In this document: piece after piece, positions 8,363 through 15,652 of the stretch
How the letters are laid out: each line of letters begins with the position of its first letter
Numbering within the stretch: position 1 is the first letter of the stretch
Assembly (NCBI GenBank): GCA_043818055.1
Contig: JBDRGF010000010.1
Location: forward strand, 1-15,910
Reading direction: 5' to 3'
DNA from: Pseudomonadota bacterium
GTDB taxonomy: Bacteria; UBA10199; 2-02-FULL-44-16; JBDRGF01
Length of the DNA stretch: 15,910 bases
Made by a program: the position numbers and the translations under genes
The notes under the pieces: generated by a model
Told to the model about the DNA's origin: nothing
Database searches by the model: none
The model's input: the letters and a program-made list of their open reading frames with translations, nothing else

Positions 8363-8570
8363 GGCGCATGTAGCATGTGGCATGTAGTATGTAGTAAAAA
8401 CCCTTTGTACCTTATGCATAACGTGCCAGGTTTAACCTTATATGTTGGTATCACTTTCATCTTCTTTCTTACCCCTCCTATCCTCCTCTTATAAAGGGGA
8501 GGGAATTTTTTAGAACTTGCTTTTCCCTACATGCTACATGCTACATGCTACATGCCACATGCTACATGCT
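8363..8570. repeat. Heptamer inverted-repeat cassette C
   Basis: 4 units GYATGTR at 8366-8393 followed by GTAAAAACC. 6 units YACATGC at 8528-8569. Confidence 0.92.
8471..8505. repeat. REP-like purine/pyrimidine hairpin inside cassette C
   Basis: ACCCCTCCTATCCTCCTCTT-ATA-AAGGGGAGGGAA. Confidence 0.6.
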
Positions 8571-8576
8571 GAGTTT

Positions 8577-11063
8577 TTATTCCTCAAACACCCCCACATC
8601 CACTGTCCCTACAGATTGCGGACGAGATTTGTAGTTGTAATCCTTGAGCACTTGTCCTTCAGGTTCAGTGGCGGCATAAAATCCGTCGTTGATGCCGTCG
8701 TTAGCTGAGCCGTCTGAGACGAGGTGATAATTCGCATCTATCATAGTTGTAGGCGTGTCGTTTCTGCGGACTATATTTCCTGAGACTGCCGATTTGCCAA
8801 AGCTAAACACTGTCGTGGTATAGTTGCTCCCGTTGCAGTTTCGTACCAGCATTGTTGCGCTTGAGGTCGGTGATTTCAAAAAGAGGTTGTTTTTAACGTT
8901 CTTTGTAGGCTCAGTGCCTTGGCAGCTTAAGGGATAGCTCATCCCCGTGCTGCCGCCCGCGTCAACGAACAAAAATGTTACAAATACATTGTTCACGAGC
9001 ACAGGATCTGATGAATCGACAATCAGGCCGTTTAGTACGCTGGTATTCTTTGACGACTGGGCATTCAGAGTATTATTTGCAATGATTAAATCCGTTTTGG
9101 ATTTTGTTACCCTGATCGCCGTCTGCGAATACGCGCTGCCTGCATCTATTATATTGTTGGTGATCGTTGCCTTGGAAAGATTTGCAAGATACGCGCCCTG
9201 GCTGAATGTGCCGGCATCTGTCGTATGGCTGCCGCCTTCGAATTTGTTGGCTGAAAGTGTTAGCTCCATAGCTCCATCTGCCCAGAAGGCTGTGGTCTGC
9301 AGTAGAGTTGGATTGCCTTTTATCGTGCAGTTCTTAAAAGTCTTTTTACCTGTACCCTGCAGCGAGACAGTCTTTTGTCCATCGATTGAAGCTGTCGAGT
9401 TTGCTGTGTTTTCGATGTGGAAGCCGTCGAACAGGATATCGTCGAGCGAGCCGATAAGAAGTGTTATATCGGAATCGGTTCTCTTTAATGTGGTTTTGTT
9501 AGTGCTGCGATATTCGCGCGCGGTGAAGTTCGAGTTAAATCCGCCGAACATTTTGACGCCAGCCTGCCACGTGATGCCGCTCATGTCGTAATCGCCTGTG
9601 GCAACTACGAGCGGGACGTTGTTTAGTTTTGCCTTTCCCAAGCCCGTTGCGAAGGTTTTTAGTGGTGCATCCTTTGTGCCTCGTGCACTGTCTGAACCGG
9701 CTGCCTCAACGAAAACAGCAAACTGTTCAGTCTGCGCCATATTATCCGCGCCAAATGTCGCCCAAATGGCCGCTCCGAGAGATTCATCGCTATCATCAAG
9801 GTCGCAGTCTTTAACAACTCCATCAGCATCATCGTCCGTAGATGAATGAGCTACACCTGTATCTGGAACATATGGACAAACATCTGTTGAATTTAACTCT
9901 GTATCTCCATCGATATTATCATCACAAACATCGCCAGTCCCGTCTGTATCTATATCTGACTGGAATGGGTTTGCTTTGAGAGGACAGTTATCAGTTGCAA
10001 GCACGCCATCGTTATCGGCATCGGCATCACACACATCGCCGATCTTATCTCCATCGACATCTGATTGATCGGTGTTCTGAACGATCGGGCAATTATCCAG
10101 ATTGTCATTTATAGTATCGGCATCGGAATCTTTAGAGAGTGGGTTGTAACCCTTCGTCACCTCGTCGCCATCTCCCAAACCGTCACCATCTGTGTCGGCC
10201 TTCATGGGGTCTGTGCCTCGGTTTGTTTCATCCGTGTTCGTGAGTCCATCTCCGTCGGGGTCGTTCGAGCAAATATCTCCCACGCCATCCTTATCCTGAT
10301 CGGCCTGATCGGAGTTTGCTGTTGAGGGACAGTTGTCCTTGCCATCGTTCAAACCGTCGCCATCGCTGTCCGCGTTTCTGGGGTCGGTATTCTGTAGTGT
10401 TTCAGCATCATTCTTCACGCCGTCGCCATCGATATCATCATCCTGATTATCGCCGATGCCGTCGCCATCCATATCACCCCACTCTGTTGCGAGCATGGGG
10501 AAGAGGTCAAACCCATCCTGGACGCCATCGCCGTCAGAATCGACCTTTGCAGGATCACAGCTGTTTTCTATTTCGGAGATGTTGAACATCTTGTCGCCAT
10601 CGGCATCCATGTCATAGCTGTAAGTGCCTGACACAAGATCCTGGCCTGTGACGTATGGCACATACTGCCCGGCAATCATGAGATCGCCTGCCGCGATTGA
10701 ACCTACCTCCTTCGACTGCGTCGTTGTTGCTGTTGCGCGATACCAGACTTCAATCTTGAGATAGACGTTTTCTGTGGGTAGATCTGCAGAGGGCTCGAAC
10801 GAGAATGCATATTTGCCCTCCTTATATTCGCCTACGATTCTAGATGAAAGCTCCTGATCGTTAGCAGGATCGACTCCCTTGACCGCAGCACCGGTATTTG
10901 CAACCAGCTTTGCCGCAACTATCGCTTCACCACTAAGATCGGTGATCCGCTTTGGAAACTGCGGATCGAGCTTGACGTCGAGCTTGCTCGTTCCACCCCC
11001 GCCGCAGCTTATAAGTGCTATTAGTAGCAGACTCGTCATTAGTGTGGTTGTTTTTATTCTCAT
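8577..11063 (-). CDS. Lipoprotein with thrombospondin type-3-like Ca-binding repeats and a C-terminal right-handed beta-helix domain
   Basis: Start moved to ATG 11063 (SD AGGAGG at 11069-11074), because the ORF-track extension is translated heptamer. Lipobox ALISC. Many DxDGDG / DNCP...NxDQxDxDxDGxGDxC repeats, then VFVEAAGSDSARGTKDAPLKT and ITNNII/IANNTL/LVNNVF rungs, ending DVGVFE. Confidence 0.88.
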   Translation of the reverse strand: MRIKTTTLMTSLLLIALISCGGGGTSKLDVKLDPQFPKRITDLSGEAIVAAKLVANTGAAVKGVDPANDQELSSRIVGEYKEGKYAFSFEPSADLPTENVYLKIEVWYRATATTTQSKEVGSIAAGDLMIAGQYVPYVTGQDLVSGTYSYDMDADGDKMFNISEIENSCDPAKVDSDGDGVQDGFDLFPMLATEWGDMDGDGIGDNQDDDIDGDGVKNDAETLQNTDPRNADSDGDGLNDGKDNCPSTANSDQADQDKDGVGDICSNDPDGDGLTNTDETNRGTDPMKADTDGDGLGDGDEVTKGYNPLSKDSDADTINDNLDNCPIVQNTDQSDVDGDKIGDVCDADADNDGVLATDNCPLKANPFQSDIDTDGTGDVCDDNIDGDTELNSTDVCPYVPDTGVAHSSTDDDADGVVKDCDLDDSDESLGAAIWATFGADNMAQTEQFAVFVEAAGSDSARGTKDAPLKTFATGLGKAKLNNVPLVVATGDYDMSGITWQAGVKMFGGFNSNFTAREYRSTNKTTLKRTDSDITLLIGSLDDILFDGFHIENTANSTASIDGQKTVSLQGTGKKTFKNCTIKGNPTLLQTTAFWADGAMELTLSANKFEGGSHTTDAGTFSQGAYLANLSKATITNNIIDAGSAYSQTAIRVTKSKTDLIIANNTLNAQSSKNTSVLNGLIVDSSDPVLVNNVFVTFLFVDAGGSTGMSYPLSCQGTEPTKNVKNNLFLKSPTSSATMLVRNCNGSNYTTTVFSFGKSAVSGNIVRRNDTPTTMIDANYHLVSDGSANDGINDGFYAATEPEGQVLKDYNYKSRPQSVGTVDVGVFEE

Positions 11064-11082
11064 AAATACCTCCTGTAAAAAC

Positions 11083-11606
11083 CGCATGTAGCATGTGGCA
11101 TGTAGGCAAAACCTAATTACCTCATCCCTCATTCGCCACCTCTTAGTTTTTTTATCAAAGCGGTTGTCATCTTTGATATACCCTCCAGTTTTTCAAATAT
11201 CGGCCCGATATTTGTCCCACTGCAAAAACCCAAATCCTTTGCTATTATCAGCTGTGTCTCCAGCTCTGCTATAGATCCTCTTGATACATTCAAAAACTGA
11301 GTATATTCCTTCGCATGGAATCGCTTAAATCCCTCTGCGATATTTGATGGAATCGATATAGCCGATCTCCTCATCTGCGAACACAACCCATAAAGCTCTT
11401 CCCTGGGAAATTTCGAGGAAAGTTTGTATATGAACTTCACAACCTCTATTCCCTCCTGCCATATTTTCAATTCTTTATACGATGCAATCTTCATCTCTCT
11501 GCCTTTGCTTTTGCCTTTGCTTTTCCCTACATGCTACATGCTACATGCCACATGCTACATGCTGCCTTTGATTTTCCCTACATGCTACATGCGCCTTTTG
11601 CTTTTC
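11083..11606. mobile_element. Heptamer inverted-repeat cassette D enclosing the four-helix-bundle gene
   Basis: 3 units at 11084-11104 followed by GGCAAAACC. 5+2 units at 11528-11562 and 11579-11592. Hexamer-like (TTTGCY) repeats at 11498-11527. Mobility is inferred, not shown. Confidence 0.6.
11129..11494 (-). CDS. Four-helix-bundle protein (23S rRNA intervening-sequence protein / Avd-like family)
   Basis: SYKELKIWQ...FPREELYGLCSQMRRSAISIPSNIAEGF.R...EYTQFLNVSRGSIAELETQLIIAKDLGF. Confidence 0.95.
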   Translation of the reverse strand: MKIASYKELKIWQEGIEVVKFIYKLSSKFPREELYGLCSQMRRSAISIPSNIAEGFKRFHAKEYTQFLNVSRGSIAELETQLIIAKDLGFCSGTNIGPIFEKLEGISKMTTALIKKLRGGE

Positions 11607-11710
11607 ACAAACCGTGCCAATTTCAACATCTTTATAAATCAGCAAGTTAGAATTTGCTGCATTTAAAAAGCGTCCGATTTTTGGATTCAAGCGTCCGACA
11701 AATCGGACGC
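11604..11710 (-). promoter_or_regulatory. Sigma-54-type module with a degenerate -12, an IHF site and tandem enhancer-like palindromes
   Basis: Minus strand TTGGCACGGTTTGTGA (11620-11605). IHF consensus match AATCAG-CAAG-TTA at 11637-11649. GTCCGA sites at 11672 and 11693, the second being the perfect palindrome GCGTCCGA-CAAA-TCGGACGC. Confidence 0.65.
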
Positions 11711-11715
11711 CTTTG

Positions 11716-12186
11716 TTATCGTGCAACCAGTTCGACCCTTCTGTTTTTTCTCCAGGCGTCGGGAGTGTTCTGTGCATCGACCGGTTTTGTTTCTCCATAA
11801 GAGATAACCGCTGCGATTCTCTCCTTCGAAACTCCTTTGGACAAGAGATATGCCCTGACACTTCTGGCGCGCCGGTCTCCCAGCTCCTTGTTATAGGCCT
11901 CTGAACCTCTGTTGTCACAATGGACCTCGATGATCAGCGCTACGTCACGATTCTCGCTCAGCCATATCACATTCTGATCTAAGATTCTGGCCGCTGAGGG
12001 CATGATGCCGCTTGAGTTGGTCGCGAAATAGACAGTGCTGATGAGCTTCAACCCCTCTTCCCTTTCTGCGCGTTCATCTTCTACCGCCCTTTTGCTTGCC
12101 ACACGCGAAAAGATGCATCCGGAGATGAGCGAGATTCCGCAGATGATTATGAAGAGCACTATCCATTTGTTGTTTTTAAGTTTCAC
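11716..12186 (-). CDS. OmpA/Pal-family peptidoglycan-associated lipoprotein
   Basis: Start moved to GTG 12186 (SD AGGAGG at 12193-12198). Lipobox LISGC. VYFATNSS...HCDNRGSEAYNKELGDRRA...SYGETKP...KNRRVEL. Confidence 0.92.
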   Translation of the reverse strand: MKLKNNKWIVLFIIICGISLISGCIFSRVASKRAVEDERAEREEGLKLISTVYFATNSSGIMPSAARILDQNVIWLSENRDVALIIEVHCDNRGSEAYNKELGDRRARSVRAYLLSKGVSKERIAAVISYGETKPVDAQNTPDAWRKNRRVELVAR

Positions 12187-12202
12187 TGTTGTCCTCCTAA
12201 AA

Positions 12203-12323
12203 GCAGCATGTAGCATGTAGTAAAAACCTTTCTACCTCATGCTGCTTTTTCTTTTTGCCTTTCACTACATGCCACATGCTACATGCGCCCTTGCTTTTTC
12301 CACTACATGCTACATGCGCCTTT
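12203..12323. repeat. Heptamer inverted-repeat cassette E (gene-less counterpart of D)
   Basis: 2 units at 12206-12219 followed by GTAAAAACC. 3+2 units at 12266-12286 and 12304-12317. Confidence 0.92.
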
Positions 12324-12330
12324 GCTTTTT

Positions 12331-13575
12331 TTACTTCCCCGCCGATGTACCCAAACCGACAGTTATATCTCCTGAGCCTGATCCGCCGCCAGAAAGCCCG
12401 ATAGCAAGACCCGCCCCGAGTCCTCCCAGAAGCAGGCCGACACCCGCCCAGAATAGCGGTCGCTTATATATCGGCTTATTCATGGAATTAAAAAATGTTG
12501 CCGGGGTATCGGGGCTGATCTCTGCAACCTTGAATGTTCCCTTCTCTATGTCATGTTTTGCCTGCTCAGAGATCTTGTTCGCGAGCTTCATTAGATTTGA
12601 ATCGTAATCCCTCGAGTCTGCATTTATTCTGAAACTCACCGGCTTTTCTGCTACTGAAAAGCGGCGGTCTATCACCTGTGCCGTGACGAGATTTTGTGAC
12701 GGATTGGTCGATAGCAAAACGAGTTTATCGGCCTGCAGTAGCCCTGCGAGCCTTGAGCTCCTGGCAACTTTGCTCAATTCAACTTCATCAGCTGCATTTT
12801 CGCTCCATTTGAGCTTGCCCTTTACGCTCGCCGATTTCCCATCCTTCAACGTAACGACCTGATTAAAATGTTCGTAATGACTTGCTTTCAAAGTGATAAG
12901 GTACTCGCCAACCGGCAACTTATCGAACGAGGCTGGGGTCATCCCCTGAGATACACCGTTGATATAAAGCTCAACAGACTTTGGATTGCTCGTAATTTTG
13001 AGCTTCGCTGATCCACTTTCAAAGATTTTAGCACGCGCTTCCTCCACCCTTTTTGCCAGCGATGGCGGCAGATCTGAGCTCTCAAGATCTATATTAGGAT
13101 CTATCCTGACAATTTCAGCTGCAAGGGATGAGATGATCTCCTCTTCATTCAGAGCCTTCGCCACCAGCATCCTCAGGAGCATGGCGTCGAGCAGTTTGCC
13201 ACCTGCGCTCTGGTATCCGACCTTTCTCAGCTCTTTTATCACCTTGTCGGCAAACTTCTTTGCATCCTTATACTTGAAATTGAAATAGGCATCCTTGGCG
13301 ATATCGAGATCGTGGGAGGCTTTATCTTTGAATTCCTTCGATGTGATCACCTGATCATGATAGGCCGCGACATCTTCGACGAGCTTTTGATCGACTATCC
13401 TGCAGCAATCGCCGGAGGAAAGAAGGCCGCCAAGGTCGGATGTCACCTTGCCAAGAAATTCATCTTTCATTTCGGGATACAGGGCAACGGACGCACGGGA
13501 TGCCTCGCCCGCATGAAGAAGAAGCGGTTCGAGGACGAGAAGAAGGGCAAGTATTAAAGATATCTTTTTCATCAT
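12331..13575 (-). CDS. PEGA domain-containing exported/membrane protein
   Basis: Start moved to ATG 13575 or 13572 (MMKKISLILALL signal peptide). TPR-like helical region, PEGA motif LKITSNPKSVELYINGVSQGMTP...LPVGEYLITLK, and a C-terminal hydrophobic segment IYKRPLFWAGVG. Confidence 0.88.
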   Translation of the reverse strand: MMKKISLILALLLVLEPLLLHAGEASRASVALYPEMKDEFLGKVTSDLGGLLSSGDCCRIVDQKLVEDVAAYHDQVITSKEFKDKASHDLDIAKDAYFNFKYKDAKKFADKVIKELRKVGYQSAGGKLLDAMLLRMLVAKALNEEEIISSLAAEIVRIDPNIDLESSDLPPSLAKRVEEARAKIFESGSAKLKITSNPKSVELYINGVSQGMTPASFDKLPVGEYLITLKASHYEHFNQVVTLKDGKSASVKGKLKWSENAADEVELSKVARSSRLAGLLQADKLVLLSTNPSQNLVTAQVIDRRFSVAEKPVSFRINADSRDYDSNLMKLANKISEQAKHDIEKGTFKVAEISPDTPATFFNSMNKPIYKRPLFWAGVGLLLGGLGAGLAIGLSGGGSGSGDITVGLGTSAGK

Positions 13576-13590
13576 ATGTGAAGATAGCCT

Positions 13591-13608
13591 TAGCACAAAC
13601 CGTGCCAA
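13591..13608 (-). promoter_or_regulatory. Sigma-54 (-24/-12) promoter for the PEGA gene
   Basis: Minus strand TTGGCACGGTTTGTGCTA gives GG-N10-GC with a TGGCACG core. Confidence 0.8.
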
Positions 13609-13636
13609 AACTCCCCTCACCCTTGGAGGGCTTGTA

Positions 13637-13721
13637 AATCAATGGGATAACGATTTGTCAAGGATTAACTGACCTTTCAAACCGTCCGATTTTCGGACGT
13701 TTTAGTCTATAAAATCGGACA
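13637..13721. promoter_or_regulatory. IHF-like site and tandem enhancer-like palindromes
   Basis: AATCAA-TGGG-ATA at 13637-13649 (1 mismatch to the IHF consensus). CGTCCGA-TTT-TCGGACG at 13683-13699 and GTCTATAAAATCGGAC at 13705-13720. Confidence 0.65.
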
Positions 13722-13874
13722 ATTCCAGTTCACGCCTGGCATTTAATTTTCACCCTGTGTCAAAATTCCGACTGTAACTACATGAAATGTCAAAATAATT
13801 ACGTCAGATAATAATCAAGTGTTTTTTGTGTTAGTAAATTCAAGATGTTAAAAAGAAATCCACAACTAAAAACA

Positions 13875-13891
13875 TTGGCATGGATTATGCC
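13875..13891 (+). promoter_or_regulatory. Divergent sigma-54 (-24/-12) promoter
   Basis: TTGGCATGGATTATGCC gives GG-N10-GC, about 55 nt before ATG 13946. Confidence 0.7.
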
Positions 13892-13945
13892 ACTAACAAG
13901 GGGGAGTAGATTTTGATATTATGACTTTAAAAAAGGAGGGTTAGT

Positions 13946-14626
13946 ATGAATTACAAATCTCAAATAGTTTCTGTCGTAGTTTTGTTGGGTGCGATTCTCA
14001 TCGCTCCAGCATTGATGGCTGAAGAGATTTCCCAACCAGCCGCCCCTGCTCCGGCACCCGGTCTCGAACCTGAGGTGAATTCAGCAGCCGAAGTGCCTGT
14101 GCTAGGTGTAGAAGAAGCCCCTCAACCGATCGAGGTGCTCCAGCCTGCACAAATCATGTCGCAATCGCCTGAAACGATAGTAATCAGGTGGGATAAATCG
14201 GTCGTTTGGAAGATCCTTGAAAACCTGAGGGCGAACAACAAGCCGCAAAGAAAGCGGCTCGAGGGTGTCAAAGATGTCTCAGGCATGCAATATTCTATAA
14301 CTGCTCTGGTTAATAAGGATGTAAATCTGTTCCCGGTAACTGCACAACAAATTGCAAGCGATGCAGCGCCGGAAGATAGCGTGGATATGATGAACAAATC
14401 TGTGAGCTTCCAAAGTGATCTCATACCACATTATGAAGTCATAATAGATGTAGGCAGGCTGATTCAGCAGCTGGGTGGCAACACAAACTCATATCTGATT
14501 AAAATCAAACTTGATTATATGGGAGAGGTTTTCAAGAGAAATAAGTTCATCGATAACGTCGTCATCGCATCGGAAGAGATGAAGGTAAAGATATACTCGT
14601 CACCTGAGAGTGATTTGAAAAATTAA
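13946..14626 (+). CDS. Exported hypothetical protein with a Pro/Ala/Glu-rich linker
   Basis: SD AAGGAGG, signal peptide ending ALMA, low-complexity linker and a beta-rich C-terminal domain. Confidence 0.8.
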   Translation: MNYKSQIVSVVVLLGAILIAPALMAEEISQPAAPAPAPGLEPEVNSAAEVPVLGVEEAPQPIEVLQPAQIMSQSPETIVIRWDKSVVWKILENLRANNKPQRKRLEGVKDVSGMQYSITALVNKDVNLFPVTAQQIASDAAPEDSVDMMNKSVSFQSDLIPHYEVIIDVGRLIQQLGGNTNSYLIKIKLDYMGEVFKRNKFIDNVVIASEEMKVKIYSSPESDLKN

Positions 14627-14628
14627 AA

Positions 14629-14697
14629 GCAGCATGTAGTGTAAAATCTATTTGGTCTGGTTTTTGCCTACATACAACATGCTACATGCCACATGCG
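14629..14697. repeat. Heptamer inverted-repeat cassette F (flipped polarity)
   Basis: GCATGTA at 14632-14638. GGTTTTTGCC followed by 4 units at 14669-14696. Confidence 0.88.
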
Positions 14698-14773
14698 ATT
14701 TTTCCCTTACCTTTTGACATTTCATTTCAAAAATGCTCAAAAGCCCTGAATTCAAACAACACAGGATGAGACA

Positions 14774-15652
14774 ATGATTACTAAAACTATTTCAACACAA
14801 TTCGGGTTTATTCCGCGCGCAAGAACCGGAACAACTTATTCGCCTTCAAACAATTTCAGATTAACACATACGGGTATAAAGCCGGTTTTCCAAAACGTCA
14901 CATATGGCCAGATAGTGCAAATGGATGAAAAAGGAATATCATTATTTAATATACTTATGGAAGATGATGTCTGGACACCGGCAGCTGTCGATATAACGGA
15001 GATAAATTCAATAAGCGATCTGTATTATGAAATTCCACCAATACTGTGGGAGTTAAAACAACAACCGATAGAGGAATCCAAACTTTGCATGAAACTGATT
15101 GATCCGGATATGAATCAGATCGAAGAAGTGATTTTATTTCTTGAACAATCCATCCTGATCAATCCTTACAATCAGGATAAACTCTCAAATAAATTTGATT
15201 GCGACGTTAGAGGCCTCGTTCATCAGGCACTGCATTTCATCGGATGGTACAACTTCCTTAACAATGCAGATATCGGCCTTTCAACACTCATCAGTCATTT
15301 TCAGTTTTGCAGGGAGAAGGATTTTTCAGTCCTCTTATGGACTTTGTCATTATCCAACAGCCGCGCTAAATTTGCCTTTGCTATCGAAGCTGTGTCACGC
15401 TCAGAGGTGCTCGAAAGAATGATGTTATATCCCCCTGTCATATCAGCATTCAGCGAATTCTTAAATTCGGTAAAGGAAAATACTCCAATTGCACCCGACA
15501 TCGACAAGTTGGAGGCTATCTGTAACCGGCTGTTCGATATAAATTTCAATGTTGATAACAGGAATGACCTTGCTTTAGCTTTGTGTAAATTTTACGAAGT
15601 CATTGGGGAAGAAGAGCTAGCGAAAAAGTGGAAAAGCGAATGTAGTATGTAG
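14774..15652 (+). CDS. Hypothetical protein, alpha-helical C-terminal half
   Basis: 292-codon ORF with CAGGA upstream. No motif recognised. The stop codon lies inside a heptamer arm. Confidence 0.7.
   Translation: MITKTISTQFGFIPRARTGTTYSPSNNFRLTHTGIKPVFQNVTYGQIVQMDEKGISLFNILMEDDVWTPAAVDITEINSISDLYYEIPPILWELKQQPIEESKLCMKLIDPDMNQIEEVILFLEQSILINPYNQDKLSNKFDCDVRGLVHQALHFIGWYNFLNNADIGLSTLISHFQFCREKDFSVLLWTLSLSNSRAKFAFAIEAVSRSEVLERMMLYPPVISAFSEFLNSVKENTPIAPDIDKLEAICNRLFDINFNVDNRNDLALALCKFYEVIGEEELAKKWKSECSM

Noticed and set aside
8947..9591. 214-aa plus-strand ORF and other long antisense ORFs
   Set aside because: They lie antisense to well-supported genes and show no motifs or SD, so they are shadow ORFs.
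11129..11494. Diversity-generating retroelement (Avd-like gene)
   Set aside because: No reverse transcriptase and no template/variable repeat pair differing at adenines was seen in the window.
11129..11494. 23S rRNA gene with an intervening sequence
   Set aside because: The flanks are protein-coding genes and no rRNA sequence is present.
8517..11562. Exact 3000-bp offset between near-identical right arms of cassettes C and D
   Set aside because: Other cassette spacings are irregular, so this is treated as coincidence.
11064..12216. ORF-track N-terminal extensions (starts 11132 and 12216) and LHATCYM-containing ORFs (8517, 11424, 12239)
   Set aside because: They are translations of the stop-free heptamer strand. 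Better starts with SD and signal peptides lie downstream.
8363..12323. CRISPR array
   Set aside because: The units are 7-nt tandem repeats without unique, regularly sized spacers, and there are no cas genes.
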